NCBI GenBank assembly: GCA_902551855.1
Contig: CACDER010000004.1
Span: forward strand, 1 to 46,600
Length of the DNA: 46,600 nucleotides
From: an uncultured Cryomorphaceae bacterium
GTDB taxonomy: Bacteria > Bacteroidota > Bacteroidia > Flavobacteriales > UBA7430
Direction: 5' to 3'
In this document: piece after piece, positions 17,930 through 29,397 of the stretch
Numbering within the stretch: position 1 is the first letter of the stretch
How the letters are laid out: each line of letters begins with the position of its first letter
Made by a program: the position numbers and the translations under genes
Notes under the pieces: generated by a model
Database searches by the model: none
Seen by the model: only the letters and a program-made list of their open reading frames with translations
Told to the model about the DNA's origin: nothing

Positions 17930-19039
17930 ATGATTAATTATGAAATTATAAGATTACTTGAAGAACGATTATTAAAATTAAATAACTATTTAGAGATTGA
18001 AAAAAAAAATATTCTTATTGAGGAAGAAGAGGCATTATCTCAAGACCCAAATTTCTGGAATGATCCAAAAAAAGCTCAGATTAAAATTAAAAATTTAAAA
18101 GAATTAAAAAAGTGGGTTGATAGTTTTTACAAAGTTCAATCCTCACTTAACGATTTAAAAGTGATTTTTGATTTTTATAAATCAGATGAAGCCTCCGAAG
18201 AGGATGTCATTTTTCATCATAAAGTTTGCTTAGACCTAATTGAAGAATTAGAGTTTAAAAATATGTTATCTGAAAAAGAAGATCGACTTGATGCAATTTT
18301 ATCTATAAATTCTGGAGCAGGTGGAACTGAAAGTCAGGATTGGGCCTATATGTTAATGAGAATGTATATAATGTGGGGTGAAAAAAATAATTTTAAAATT
18401 AAACAAATTGATATTCAAGATGCAGAAACAGCAGGGATTAAATCATGTACCCTTCAGTTTAATGGTGATTTTGCATATGGAAATTTAAAAGGTGAAAATG
18501 GTGTCCACAGATTAGTTAGATTGTCACCATTTGATTCAGCAAATAAACGTCATACTTCTTTTGCTTCAGTTTTTATTTTTCCATTAATTGATGATACCAT
18601 AGAAATTGAAATTTCAAATTCAGAAATTTCATGGGAAACAATGAGATCCGGAGGAGCTGGTGGACAAGGAGTCAATAAATTAGAAACAGCTGTTAGATTA
18701 AGACATCATAAATCAGGATTAATTATTGAAAATTCAGAAACTAGATCTCAATTAGAAAATAAAGATAAAGCAATGCGATTACTTAAATCTAGATTATATG
18801 ATATTGAATTAAAGAAAAGACAAAAAGAGAAGGATAAAATTGAAGGTTTAAAAAAATCTATTGATTTTGGTTCTCAAATTAGAAATTACGTAATGCATCC
18901 TTACAAGCTTGTAAAGGATCTAAGAACAAACAAAGAAACCTCTGATATTCATTCTGTATTAGATGGGAATTTAAATCAATTTATCAAAGAGTATTTAATG
19001 CAAAAAGGTAATAATAATGAAAATATATCACAATCCTAG
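17930..19039 (+). CDS. prfB: Peptide chain release factor 2 (uninterrupted ORF)
   Basis: GAGGTESQDW, SPF tripeptide (RLSPFD), GGQ motif, FGSQIRNYV. Confidence 0.97.
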   Translation: MINYEIIRLLEERLLKLNNYLEIEKKNILIEEEEALSQDPNFWNDPKKAQIKIKNLKELKKWVDSFYKVQSSLNDLKVIFDFYKSDEASEEDVIFHHKVCLDLIEELEFKNMLSEKEDRLDAILSINSGAGGTESQDWAYMLMRMYIMWGEKNNFKIKQIDIQDAETAGIKSCTLQFNGDFAYGNLKGENGVHRLVRLSPFDSANKRHTSFASVFIFPLIDDTIEIEISNSEISWETMRSGGAGGQGVNKLETAVRLRHHKSGLIIENSETRSQLENKDKAMRLLKSRLYDIELKKRQKEKDKIEGLKKSIDFGSQIRNYVMHPYKLVKDLRTNKETSDIHSVLDGNLNQFIKEYLMQKGNNNENISQS

Positions 19040-19352
19040 ATGTCAAATCAGTAGAAAAACACTTAAATTAATTTTAGATAAAGGTGTCAATCCTAAAATA
19101 ATTCTTTACATGAAGAAAAAAATAGAAAAAGTGGAATTAGAAAATTTAATTAGAAAATTAAAAATTTCTCCAATCAATCTATTTAGAAAAAATGAGAAAT
19201 TATTCAAAGAATTAAATATTTCAAAAATGAAAGATGATAAATTAATTAAAATTATGTTAGAAAATCCAAAATTAATCCAAAGGCCAATAGTTGAAATTGA
19301 TGATAAAGCAATTATATGTAGACCTCCTGAAAAAATTAATTTCATTCTATAA
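19017..19352 (+). CDS. ArsC/Spx family arsenate reductase (glutaredoxin type)
   Basis: IYHNPRC..SR, PKLIQRPIV, ICRPPE. Confidence 0.88.
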   Translation: MKIYHNPRCQISRKTLKLILDKGVNPKIILYMKKKIEKVELENLIRKLKISPINLFRKNEKLFKELNISKMKDDKLIKIMLENPKLIQRPIVEIDDKAIICRPPEKINFIL

Positions 19353-19354
19353 CT

Positions 19355-20335
19355 ATGGATTGGTCAATTGATTTTGATATTGGTAAATATCCATTTGAAA
19401 TTAATCACAATGATGAAATTTTTATGGTAGGTTCTTGCTTTTCTGCAAATATTTCCGAAAAATTAAAAAATTATAAGTTTAATGTTTTTGACAATCCATA
19501 TGGAATAATATATAACCCAATATCTATTTTTAAAAGCCTTGATGATTCATTAACGAAAACAAATCCTGACAAAAAATTATTCATAAAAAAAGAAAATATT
19601 TTTTTGCATTATTCTTATCATTCTGTAATTAGAGGTAATTCAATATTGGATTTTAAAAATAAAATTAATGAAATACAAAATAAAGTTAGGGAAAAGTTAA
19701 AGAGGTCAAAACTATTAGTAATTACTTTTGGCTCTTCATATACATATATTTTTAAGAGTAATTCAACTATAGTTTCTAATTGTCATAAACAACCAAATTA
19801 TTTATTTGAAAAATCTTTTATCCCGTCCTCTGAAATTATTAATCAATTTAACAATCTACAAAAAAAAATAATTAAGATAAATCCAAAAATAAAAATTATA
19901 ATTTCTGTCAGTCCGTTAAGACATTTGAAAGATGGAATTATTGAAAATTCAGTTTCAAAATCTAATTTAATTATTTCAAGTCACTATTTAAAAAATAGTT
20001 ATAGCAATGTATTTTATTTTCCATCATTTGAAATTATGAATGATGAATTGAGAGATTATAGATTTTATGAGTCAGATTTTATTCATCCGTCAAAAACTGC
20101 CGTAAAATATATTTTTGAAAAGTTCATAAAAACTCTTTTAGATAAAAATTCTTTGAATATTATAATTGAGTTAGAAAAATTATATAAAGATTTATCTCAT
20201 TCCCCAATTATTGAAAAATCACTAACTTACAAGAACTTTTTACAAAACTCTCTAAGAAAAGCTGAGTTTTTAAAAAATAAAATAGATGTGTCTAATGAAA
20301 TAAAAAAAATTAAAATTAAAATTAAAAACATATAA
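19355..20335 (+). CDS. GSCFA domain protein (SGNH-hydrolase-like)
   Basis: [49 protein letters not shown]. Confidence 0.9.
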   Translation: MDWSIDFDIGKYPFEINHNDEIFMVGSCFSANISEKLKNYKFNVFDNPYGIIYNPISIFKSLDDSLTKTNPDKKLFIKKENIFLHYSYHSVIRGNSILDFKNKINEIQNKVREKLKRSKLLVITFGSSYTYIFKSNSTIVSNCHKQPNYLFEKSFIPSSEIINQFNNLQKKIIKINPKIKIIISVSPLRHLKDGIIENSVSKSNLIISSHYLKNSYSNVFYFPSFEIMNDELRDYRFYESDFIHPSKTAVKYIFEKFIKTLLDKNSLNIIIELEKLYKDLSHSPIIEKSLTYKNFLQNSLRKAEFLKNKIDVSNEIKKIKIKIKNI

Positions 20336-20342
20336 AAATATT

Positions 20343-21743
20343 ATGAATTACAGAATTGAAAGAGATACAATGGGTGATGTAAAAGTTCCTAAAAATAGAT
20401 ATTGGGGAGCCCAAACTCAAAGATCTAAAGATAATTTTAAAATTGATTTAAAATCTCCAATGCCAATTGAAATCATTTATGCATATGCCATCTTAAAAAA
20501 AGCTGCTGCGCAAACAAACTCAGATTTAGGGGTACTATCGTTAAAAAAGTCTAAATTAATAAGTTTAGTTTGTGATGAAATATTGGAAGGAAAACATGAT
20601 TTTGAATTTCCACTTGTTGTGTGGCAAACTGGTTCTGGAACTCAAACAAATATGAATATAAATGAAGTAATTGCAAATAGAGCTCATGTAATAAATGGTG
20701 GTGATATTAGTGATAAAGAAAAGATTTTACACCCAAATGATGATGTTAATAAATCTCAATCTTCCAATGATACATTCCCAACTGCAATGACTATTGCATC
20801 TTATAAAATTTTAGTCCAATCTGTTATTCCAAATCTTGAAAAACTATCTCAAGAGATAAAAAATAAATCAAAAAGTTTTATGAAAATTGTTAAGATTGGT
20901 AGAACTCATTTAATGGATGCCACTCCATTAACTCTTGGGCAAGAATTTTCATCTTATCATAGTCAACTTGAGTTTGGTATAAAATCGTTGAAGAATTCAT
21001 TAATTCATCTATCTGAATTAGCGATTGGTGGTACAGCTGTTGGAACAGGTATAAATTCACCTGAGGGATACAGAAAATTAGTAATTGAGAAAATAAATAA
21101 TTTTTCAAAACTTCCACTTAAACCGGCTACAAATTTGTTTGAATCAATATCATCGCATGATTCAATAGTTGAATCACATGCAGCTTTAAAAATGATTGCA
21201 ATATCATTACATAAAATTGCAAATGATATAAGAATGTTAGCTTCTGGGCCAAGATCTGGTATAAGTGAAATTATTATCCCAACTAATGAGCCAGGATCTT
21301 CTATCATGCCTGGAAAAGTAAATCCAACTCAGTGTGAAGCTATTACCATGGTTTCATCTCAAGTAATTGGAAATGACACTACTATTTCATTTGCAGCTGC
21401 AAATGGTCATTATCAGCTCAATGCATTTAAACCAGTAATTATATCCAATTTTTTAAATTCGGCCAGACTAATTGCTGACGCATGTGAATCATTTAGGGTA
21501 AATTGCATAAAAGGAATTTTACCAAATTTTGAAGAAATTAAAAAAAATCTTAATAATTCCTTAATGTTAGTGACAGCTTTAAATAACAAAATTGGTTATG
21601 AAAAAGCTGCAGAAATAGCTAAGATGGCTTTTAAAAATGGAACTACTTTGAAAGAAGAATCTATAAATCTAGGTTATTTGACTGAAAAACAATTTGATAA
21701 TTGGGTCAAACCACTAGAAATGTGTGGTTTAAAAGATGACTGA
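20343..21743 (+). CDS. fumC: Class II fumarate hydratase
   Basis: [45 protein letters not shown]. Confidence 0.98.
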   Translation: MNYRIERDTMGDVKVPKNRYWGAQTQRSKDNFKIDLKSPMPIEIIYAYAILKKAAAQTNSDLGVLSLKKSKLISLVCDEILEGKHDFEFPLVVWQTGSGTQTNMNINEVIANRAHVINGGDISDKEKILHPNDDVNKSQSSNDTFPTAMTIASYKILVQSVIPNLEKLSQEIKNKSKSFMKIVKIGRTHLMDATPLTLGQEFSSYHSQLEFGIKSLKNSLIHLSELAIGGTAVGTGINSPEGYRKLVIEKINNFSKLPLKPATNLFESISSHDSIVESHAALKMIAISLHKIANDIRMLASGPRSGISEIIIPTNEPGSSIMPGKVNPTQCEAITMVSSQVIGNDTTISFAAANGHYQLNAFKPVIISNFLNSARLIADACESFRVNCIKGILPNFEEIKKNLNNSLMLVTALNNKIGYEKAAEIAKMAFKNGTTLKEESINLGYLTEKQFDNWVKPLEMCGLKDD

Positions 21744-22032
21744 TTTTAGAAATATAATCAATGAAGATATTCTAACATTAATTTATTTTTATGAAATAAA
21801 CGATACATCTCAACCTGAAATTATTGTTCAGTTAAAAAAAATTAAAAAAAAATTAAAAAGAAAAATAAAAATAATATCTATTGATATTAATGAAAATTTT
21901 TTTTTAGGTGATAAATTACAAATAAAATCTACCCCAAAGTTCAAAATATTTAAAAAGCAAACACTAATTTGGGAACAAGATAAAATTGAATCAAGCGATG
22001 AATTCATTAATTTTTTTAATGAATTAACTTGA
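21736..22032 (+). CDS. Thioredoxin-fold protein without cysteines
   Basis: Trx topology (LIYFY strand, [19 protein letters not shown] cis-Pro, IWEQ) but no Cys anywhere. Confidence 0.7.
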   Translation: MTDFRNIINEDILTLIYFYEINDTSQPEIIVQLKKIKKKLKRKIKIISIDINENFFLGDKLQIKSTPKFKIFKKQTLIWEQDKIESSDEFINFFNELT

Positions 22033-25000
22033 TAACTCAGTCTTATTTAATTTTTCTAATAGTAAGTTATAGAAGTCAAATTCATCGTATTTGTTTACAA
22101 TACTTAAACACCTATTATAAATTGATTTTGATTTTTGAATTTCTTGAATTATTGAAGACTTTTCTTTTTCGTTAAATTGGTTAAAGTAAAGTAGTTCTTT
22201 TTCCAGTTTGGATGACATCGTTTCAATGATTTCTCTAGCTTTCTTTATCTGATTACATTGATAATAATATTCAGCCATAGGTAACATGAAAAAGTTATAC
22301 TCAACTTTTGAATGAGGCATTTCCTCAATACATTTATCAATAACTTGGACAGCTTTACTAGTGTCTCCCTCCAAAATAAGTTGACCTGCTAATCTAGCAA
22401 AAGAGTTTCGAATATTCATAACCAGCCTCAAGTTAGTTTCATCCATATATACTCCTTTTTGATTCATATTTCCGTAATCAAATTTATTCATTAAATTATT
22501 GTAAAGCTTTTTGCTATCAATTCTACCGATATTCCCTGAATTTGACTTAGTATATATTGGTACTAATTTATAAGCTAAACCTTCAAGTTGGAAGTAATCC
22601 CAGAGGTATGAATATGAATTTGCACTGTTACCAATTGTTATAGAAAAATAAATTGGTCTTTCCCACTTATTATTGTCAATTAAATCAATAATCATCATAT
22701 GTCTTTTTTCTAATTGGTCAATATTTAAATTCCAATTTAATGAATTTAAAACAAGATTTGAATCAACTTCATTTATCGTCCCATTTTTAAAAATTATATT
22801 CCTGTCTACAGGAATACTTAATTTTTTTGTTAAAAAACGGACATATTCTTTCCCAAAATTAACTTTTGTTTCTTTTGTATCTTTCTGAATCCAATTGTTC
22901 ATTTTTGAAATATTCCATCTTTGATCTCTTATTAAATTTCCGTTTCTATCCTTTAAGTTATCTCTAAAAATAGCAATATCTCTTGTACCTTGTTTATATA
23001 AATCATGAGGCATTTTAAATGGGACTCCTTTACCATTATATGCATCTCTTTTCATTTGATCAATGTACCAATCAGTATTCAAAAGTGATAAATTAACTAC
23101 TCTTACATCTGTTCTGTAGTTTTCAACTTCTTGAACATACCATAAAGGAAAAGTATCATTGTCACCCATAGTAAATAGGATTGCATCAGGATCGCAAGAG
23201 TCAAGATAAGCTTTAGCGAAATCTCTGGCAGTATATCTATTTGATCTGTTATGATCGTCCCATCCTTCTTTAGCCATTAAACCTGGGATGAATATTAGAC
23301 TCAATAAAAATGATAAGAAGATTGAAATATATTTATTAAAAATCATTTTCATGTAATCAATTATGCATATTAACCCAATTCCTATCCATATTGAAAAAGC
23401 ATAAAAAGATCCCACATAGGCATAGTCTCTTTCTCTAGGTTGAAATGGATATTGATTAAGATAAACTACTATAGCAATTCCTGTAAATATAAAAAGTAAA
23501 CTAACTATCCATGCATCTTTAGAGTTTCGTTTAAAGTGAAAAATTGATCCAATTAAACCAAATAAAAAAGGTAACATGTAAAAATGATTTCTTCCAGGAT
23601 TATTTTTTAATCCAGGTGGTATTTTATCCTGGGGTCCAAGTCTTAATTCATCAAGAAATTTAATTCCCGTAAGCCATTGTCCCTCAAGAATAGATCCATG
23701 ACTTTGTATATCATTTTGTCTTCCAGAAAAATTCCACATAAAGTATCTGAAATACATGTGGTTTAGTTGATAATTAAAAAAATATGATAAGTTTTCAATA
23801 AAAGAAGGTTTTTTACCTCTTCTACTTTTAATATTAGCCCATTCTTTATATGCTCTCACATGTCGATTGTCTCTACTCCACATTCTAGGGAAAAATCCTG
23901 AATGTTCTTTTTGAAAATTAGGAAAGTGATTTTTTCTGTTGTCAGAAATAATATATTTCCCTTTATTTTCATCTTTAACATATATAGGAGATCCATCAGA
24001 ATATGGATTTCTTTGATCTAAACCTGCAGTGAAATATTGACCATAAAGTAGAGGTGTTGATCCATACTGTTCTCTGTTTAAGTAGGCTAAAAGACTGACA
24101 GCTTCTTCAGGATTATTTTCGTCAATTGGGGTATTAGCATTGGACCTTATCAAGAGTATTGTGAAAGAAGAGTAGCCGATCAATATGTAAGTTAAACCTA
24201 AAATGATACTATTTGAGTTGTATAAATCGTTTTCACTAGTCTTTTTTAAACCATAGTAAATCATGAAAATAATTGCAGAAATAAAAAAGATTGTTCCACT
24301 ATTAAAAGGTAAACCAAAATTGTTAACAAAAACTCTTTCAATTATACCTAACCATTTCACTATTTGTGGAATTAATCCAAAAAATATGAAGCCTAATATT
24401 AATATTGAAATTAATCCAGTTAAGATAAAACCTCTGGTATCAACTTTATACTTTTTAAAATAATAAACATAAACTATGGCTGGTATAGCTAGTAAATTTA
24501 ACATATGAACACCAATAGATAAGCCAATTAAATAACAAATGAGAATTAACCATCTATTTGCATAGTCCCCCTGTGAATCATATTCAGCTTCCCATTTCAA
24601 TACTGACCAAAAAACTATAGCTGTGAAAAAAGAAGACATAGCATATACTTCACCTTCAACTGCAGAGAACCAAAAAGAATCAGAAAACGTGTAAGCTAAA
24701 GAGCCTAGAATTCCTGAAAATATAATTATAAATATATCAGAATTACTTTTTGGTTCACCAATTATTTTTTTCCCAAATGAGGTTATAGTCCAAAAAAGGA
24801 ACATAATGGTCAAGGCTGAAAACGAAGCAGACATAAAATTAATCATGTATGCTACCTTAGTAGTATCTCCAAAAGCAAAATTGGAGAAAAAATTTCCAAG
24901 TAATAAAAATGTTGGAGCACCAGGCGGATGACCAACTTGTAGTTTATATGCAGTTGCAATATATTCACCACAGTCCCAAAAACTTGTTGTGGGTTCAAGT

Positions 25001-25074
25001 GTGAGTACATAAACTATTAGTGCAACTAGAAATAATAGCCATCCAAATAGATTATTTATTTTTTGATAAAACAT
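22024..25074 (-). CDS. DUF2723 / TMEM260-like GT-C glycosyltransferase
   Basis: SFWDCGEYI, VGHPPGAP, SFWFSAVEGEVY, QPRERDYAYVGSF, GDNDTFPLWY. Confidence 0.9.
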   Translation of the reverse strand: MFYQKINNLFGWLLFLVALIVYVLTLEPTTSFWDCGEYIATAYKLQVGHPPGAPTFLLLGNFFSNFAFGDTTKVAYMINFMSASFSALTIMFLFWTITSFGKKIIGEPKSNSDIFIIIFSGILGSLAYTFSDSFWFSAVEGEVYAMSSFFTAIVFWSVLKWEAEYDSQGDYANRWLILICYLIGLSIGVHMLNLLAIPAIVYVYYFKKYKVDTRGFILTGLISILILGFIFFGLIPQIVKWLGIIERVFVNNFGLPFNSGTIFFISAIIFMIYYGLKKTSENDLYNSNSIILGLTYILIGYSSFTILLIRSNANTPIDENNPEEAVSLLAYLNREQYGSTPLLYGQYFTAGLDQRNPYSDGSPIYVKDENKGKYIISDNRKNHFPNFQKEHSGFFPRMWSRDNRHVRAYKEWANIKSRRGKKPSFIENLSYFFNYQLNHMYFRYFMWNFSGRQNDIQSHGSILEGQWLTGIKFLDELRLGPQDKIPPGLKNNPGRNHFYMLPFLFGLIGSIFHFKRNSKDAWIVSLLFIFTGIAIVVYLNQYPFQPRERDYAYVGSFYAFSIWIGIGLICIIDYMKMIFNKYISIFLSFLLSLIFIPGLMAKEGWDDHNRSNRYTARDFAKAYLDSCDPDAILFTMGDNDTFPLWYVQEVENYRTDVRVVNLSLLNTDWYIDQMKRDAYNGKGVPFKMPHDLYKQGTRDIAIFRDNLKDRNGNLIRDQRWNISKMNNWIQKDTKETKVNFGKEYVRFLTKKLSIPVDRNIIFKNGTINEVDSNLVLNSLNWNLNIDQLEKRHMMIIDLIDNNKWERPIYFSITIGNSANSYSYLWDYFQLEGLAYKLVPIYTKSNSGNIGRIDSKKLYNNLMNKFDYGNMNQKGVYMDETNLRLVMNIRNSFARLAGQLILEGDTSKAVQVIDKCIEEMPHSKVEYNFFMLPMAEYYYQCNQIKKAREIIETMSSKLEKELLYFNQFNEKEKSSIIQEIQKSKSIYNRCLSIVNKYDEFDFYNLLLEKLNKTELSS

Positions 25075-25196
25075 TCTTTTATTTTTGAAGTTTTTGAATT
25101 AATATTGCGAATTTAAAAAAAAAAAATATTTGATTTGTAAATTTTAAATTTCTTTAAATTTTTTTTAATAATTTATTAAAATTATGAAAATTAAGA

Positions 25197-25204
25197 TACT
25201 TTTG
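25197..25204 (+). promoter_or_regulatory. -7 promoter box of tRNA-Gln
   Basis: TACTTTTG, 9 nt upstream of the tRNA 5' end. Confidence 0.65.
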
Positions 25205-25213
25205 TAAAAATTA

Positions 25214-25286
25214 TGTCCCATGGTGTAACTGGCAACACGTCTGGTTTTGGTCCAGAAGAGTCTAGGTTCGATCCCTAGTGGGACAA
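25214..25286 (+). tRNA. tRNA-Gln(TTG), CCA not encoded
   Basis: Acceptor stem TGTCCCA/TGGGACA; anticodon arm TCTGG-TTTTGGT-CCAGA; T arm CTAGG-TTCGATC-CCTAG. Confidence 0.96.
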
Positions 25287-25352
25287 CTACAAATAATCGA
25301 AATAAACATTTATTTAAATTACTTCTAAATTTAGTTAGTTGTCTAAAAAGTG

Positions 25353-25392
25353 TATATTTGCATATGATGGAGGGGGCTAATGTCCCCTTTTT
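25353..25392 (+). promoter_or_regulatory. nusA-infB promoter box plus leader hairpin / weak terminator
   Basis: TATATTTG at 25353-25360, then AGGGGGC-TAAT-GTCCCCT followed by a T run (25371-25392). Confidence 0.7.
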
Positions 25393-25449
25393 CTATAGTA
25401 TGAACGTAATGTTTGATTGTTTTACAAATATGAATGAAAAAAATAAAAA

Positions 25450-26688
25450 ATGGAAAATTTAGCCCTAATTGATTCATTTTCTGAGTTTAAAGATGATAAA
25501 AATATAGATAGAGTAACTTTGATGGGTATAATCGAAGATATTTTTAGAAATATGATTATAAAAAAGTTTGGAAGTGATGATAACTTTGATATTATAGTTA
25601 ATCCTGACAAGGGAGATCTTGAAATTTGGAGAAATAGAATCATAGTTGAGGACGGAAAAGTAGTAGATGAAAATGCCGAAATATCTTATTCAGAAGCTAT
25701 AAAAATTGAACCAGACTTTGAGGTTGGTGAAGAGGCTTCAGAAGAAGTTAATTTGATTGATTTTGGTAGAAGAGCCATATTATCTCTAAGACAAAATCTA
25801 GTTTCTAGAATTCAAGAGCACGATAACACAGAACTTTATAATAAATACAAAGGATTAGTCAATGAAATTATTTCGGGAGAAGTTCATCATATAAGACACA
25901 GAGAAGTAATCATAATTGATGATATGGACAACGAGGTTATTTTGCCAAAAGATCAACAAATTAAATCTGATTTTTTTAGAAAAGGAGATACAGTAAGAGG
26001 GGTAGTTAAAGAGGTTCAGCTCAGAGGAATGAAGCCTAGAATTATTCTATCAAGAACCTCTCCAAAATTTTTAGAAGCTCTTTTTGAACTTGAAATACCT
26101 GAAGTTTCTGATGGATTAATAACTGTTAAAAAAGTTGAAAGAATACCTGGTGAAAAGGCAAAAGTAGCAGTTGAGTCATATGATGAACGAATTGATCCAG
26201 TTGGAGCTTGTGTTGGTATGAAAGGTTCAAGAATCCATGGAATCGTCAGAGAATTAGGAAATGAAAATATTGATGTCATAAATTATACTGATAATATATC
26301 ATTATTTATATCCAGAGCATTAAGTCCAGCAAAGATTTCATCAATTGATTTAGATAATGACAACAAAAGAGCTGAAGTTTATCTTAAACCAGATCAGGTA
26401 TCTCTTGCAATAGGCAGAGGTGGAAGTAATATCAGATTAGCTGCAGCTTTATCAGAATTTGAAATTGATGTATATAGAGATGTTGATGATGATTCAGAGG
26501 ATGTAAATTTATCTGAGTTTATTGATGAAATTGAAGATTGGATAATTGATGAGTTAAAAGCAATTGGTTGTGATACTGCTAAGTCAGTACTTGAATTGTC
26601 AACTGAAGAACTCGTGACACGAACAGATTTAGAAGAGGAGACAATTAAAGAAATTCACCAGATTTTAAAATCTGAATTTGAAGATTAA
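25450..26688 (+). CDS. nusA: Transcription termination factor NusA
   Basis: IILSRT, ELEIPEV, RIPGEKAKVAV, DPVGACVGMKGSR, AIGRGGSNIRLA. Confidence 0.98.
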   Translation: MENLALIDSFSEFKDDKNIDRVTLMGIIEDIFRNMIIKKFGSDDNFDIIVNPDKGDLEIWRNRIIVEDGKVVDENAEISYSEAIKIEPDFEVGEEASEEVNLIDFGRRAILSLRQNLVSRIQEHDNTELYNKYKGLVNEIISGEVHHIRHREVIIIDDMDNEVILPKDQQIKSDFFRKGDTVRGVVKEVQLRGMKPRIILSRTSPKFLEALFELEIPEVSDGLITVKKVERIPGEKAKVAVESYDERIDPVGACVGMKGSRIHGIVRELGNENIDVINYTDNISLFISRALSPAKISSIDLDNDNKRAEVYLKPDQVSLAIGRGGSNIRLAAALSEFEIDVYRDVDDDSEDVNLSEFIDEIEDWIIDELKAIGCDTAKSVLELSTEELVTRTDLEEETIKEIHQILKSEFED

Positions 26689-26706
26689 ATTAAAAAAAAT
26701 TAATAA

Positions 26707-29397
26707 ATGAGACTAAGTAAAGTTGCAAAAGAATTAAATGTTGGTATATCTAATATTGTAGTTTTTTTATCATCAAAAGGAATTGAGATTGATGCTAGAC
26801 CTAACACAAAGATTTCAATCGAAGCATATGATGTTTTAAAAAAGGAATTTAGTGCTGATTTTGAAGAACATAAAAAATCTGAAAAGATAGCACAAGCAAG
26901 AAGAGTCGAGCAAGAAGCCATCAAAGCTGAGTCAATCAAAAAAAATATACAAGAACAAAACGTTATAAAAGCCAAAAGTACAATTACTGCTCCCAAACTT
27001 GTTGGTAAAATTGATTTACATTCTGATGAGAAATTAAAAATTAAATCATCTAAAGATAAGTCAAATCAAGAAAAAAAATCTGACAAGGAAACATCAATTC
27101 AGGATGCTAAAATAAAACCAGTTGATAAAGTTAATAATGACAGTAAAAAAAATAACCTAAATAATGATATTGAAAGTTCAACTAATTCTAAGGTTAGTTC
27201 AGATTCAGTTGATAATTCTGAAAAAAATTTAATTCAAAATCAAGGAAATAATATTCCTGATTTTTCTAGAGCTAAAAACACACTAAGTGGACCGAAACTT
27301 ACTGGAGAAGTTATTGATTTAACCAAATTTCAAAAGTCTGAAAAAAAGAAAATTGCTTCATCAACAAACATATCAGGGAAACATAATGATAAAAAGAAGA
27401 GAAAAAGAATTTTTCAAAATCTTAATAAAGCTTCAAATAGTAAAATTAAAAATACTAAAAATACAAACAACAGTTCCAAAAATTCCTCACCAGAACCCTC
27501 CGATGAAGAAATTCAAAAAAAGATAGCAGAGACACTCGATAAACTTACTAATAAAGGTAAGTCAAAGGGAGCTAAACATAGAAAATCAAAAAGAGAAGAA
27601 AGAAAAGAACAAGACGCCAAAGAACAAATTTTAGCGGATAATGCTAGTAAAGTGATAAAAGTAACTGAGTTTGTTACAGTTAGTGAACTTGCAACTTTAA
27701 TGAATGTTCAGGTAAATGAAATTATTTCTTCATGTATGATGTTGGGAATTATGGTAACTTTAAATCAAAGATTAGATGCTGAAACTTTAACAATTGTCGC
27801 ATCTGAATTTGAATATGATGTTGAATTTGTTAGCGCAGAAGTTCAAGAGGCTATTGAAGAATTTAAAGATGATCCATCAAATTTAATATCTAGATCTCCA
27901 ATTGTAACTGTAATGGGTCATGTAGATCATGGAAAGACATCTTTATTAGACTACATTAGAGAAGCAAATGTAATTGCAGGAGAGGCTGGAGGTATCACTC
28001 AGCATATTGGGGCCTATGATGTCAGGTTAAAAAGCGGAAAACATATAACATTTATAGATACTCCAGGTCACGAAGCTTTTACTGCAATGAGAGCTAGAGG
28101 AGCTCAAATTACAGATATTGCTATAATAGTAATAGCTGCTGATGATAAAGTTATGCCACAAACAAAAGAAGCAATTTCTCATGCTCAAGCAGCCAACGTT
28201 CCAATAGTATTTGCAATAAACAAAGTTGATAAGACTACAGCTAATCCTGACAAAATTAAAGAAGAATTGTCATCTATGAACCTTCTTGTTGAAGATTGGG
28301 GGGGGAAATTCCAATCACACGATGTTTCCGCTAAAAATGGACTCGGGGTAGAGGACTTACTTGAAAAAGTTTTGTTAGAAGCTGAAATTTTAGAGTTAAA
28401 AGCTAATCCATCGAGACTTGCATCAGGTTCTATAATTGAGGCTTCATTAGATAAAGGAAAAGGTTTTGTAACAACAATTTTAGTTCAAAATGGTACATTA
28501 AATCTAGGTGATTTTTTAATTGCTGGACACTTTACAGGTAAAGTTAAAGCAATGTTCAACGAAAGAGGTGTTAATATTGATTCTGCAGGCCCATCATCTC
28601 CTGTTAGTATCCTAGGATTGACTGGAGCTCCTCAGGCTGGAGATAATTTCAATGTAATGATTGATGAGAGAGAAGCTAAGTCAATTGCTCTAAAAAGAAC
28701 TCAATTACAAAGAGAGCAAAGTATCAGAACTCAAAAGCATTTAACATTAGATGAAATCGGAAGAAGGTTAGCTCTAGGAGATTTTAAAGAATTAAATATT
28801 ATTTTAAAGGGTGACGTTGATGGATCTATTGAAGCACTTTCTGATTCCTTGCAAAAGTTATCTACTGATTCGATTCAAGTAAATATAATTCACAAAGCAG
28901 TTGGACAAATATCTGAGTCAGATATTTTATTAGCTACTGCATCGGATGCAATTGTTGTAGGCTTTCAAGTTAGACCGTCATTATCTGCTAGAAAGTTAGC
29001 CGAAAAAGAACAAATTGATATAAGATTATACTCTATAATTTATGATGCAATAAATGAAGTTAAAGAAGCCATGGAAGGAATGCTTTCGCCAGATACAAAA
29101 GAAAGTATTATATGTAATATAGAAGTTAGAGAAATTTTTAAAATTTCTAAAGTTGGAAGCGTAGCAGGATGTTATGTTTTAGATGGTAAAATTAATAGAA
29201 AATCAAATATAAGAGTAATTAGAGATGGAGTTGTAATTTACACTGGTATTTTGGGATCATTAAAAAGATTTAAGGATGATGTAAAAGAGGTTTCTAAAGG
29301 TTATGAATGTGGATTAAATGTTGAAAAATTTAATGATATCAAAGTTGGGGATATAATTGAAGGATATGAAGAAGTAGAAGTTAAAAGATCACTATAA
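26707..29397 (+). CDS. infB: Translation initiation factor IF-2
   Basis: [48 protein letters not shown]. Confidence 0.98.
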   Translation: MRLSKVAKELNVGISNIVVFLSSKGIEIDARPNTKISIEAYDVLKKEFSADFEEHKKSEKIAQARRVEQEAIKAESIKKNIQEQNVIKAKSTITAPKLVGKIDLHSDEKLKIKSSKDKSNQEKKSDKETSIQDAKIKPVDKVNNDSKKNNLNNDIESSTNSKVSSDSVDNSEKNLIQNQGNNIPDFSRAKNTLSGPKLTGEVIDLTKFQKSEKKKIASSTNISGKHNDKKKRKRIFQNLNKASNSKIKNTKNTNNSSKNSSPEPSDEEIQKKIAETLDKLTNKGKSKGAKHRKSKREERKEQDAKEQILADNASKVIKVTEFVTVSELATLMNVQVNEIISSCMMLGIMVTLNQRLDAETLTIVASEFEYDVEFVSAEVQEAIEEFKDDPSNLISRSPIVTVMGHVDHGKTSLLDYIREANVIAGEAGGITQHIGAYDVRLKSGKHITFIDTPGHEAFTAMRARGAQITDIAIIVIAADDKVMPQTKEAISHAQAANVPIVFAINKVDKTTANPDKIKEELSSMNLLVEDWGGKFQSHDVSAKNGLGVEDLLEKVLLEAEILELKANPSRLASGSIIEASLDKGKGFVTTILVQNGTLNLGDFLIAGHFTGKVKAMFNERGVNIDSAGPSSPVSILGLTGAPQAGDNFNVMIDEREAKSIALKRTQLQREQSIRTQKHLTLDEIGRRLALGDFKELNIILKGDVDGSIEALSDSLQKLSTDSIQVNIIHKAVGQISESDILLATASDAIVVGFQVRPSLSARKLAEKEQIDIRLYSIIYDAINEVKEAMEGMLSPDTKESIICNIEVREIFKISKVGSVAGCYVLDGKINRKSNIRVIRDGVVIYTGILGSLKRFKDDVKEVSKGYECGLNVEKFNDIKVGDIIEGYEEVEVKRSL

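Noticed and set aside
25214-25350. tRNA-Gln as an integration site
   Set aside because: No integrase, no duplicated tRNA 3' end noticed, and the flanks are core genes.
25247-25462. 71-aa ORF as a possible rimP remnant
   Set aside because: It begins inside tRNA-Gln, crosses the promoter and hairpin, and shows no RimP similarity.
27030-27500. Low-complexity Asn/Ser/Lys stretch in IF2
   Set aside because: A variable disordered N-terminal linker is normal for IF2, and the composition reflects AT bias.
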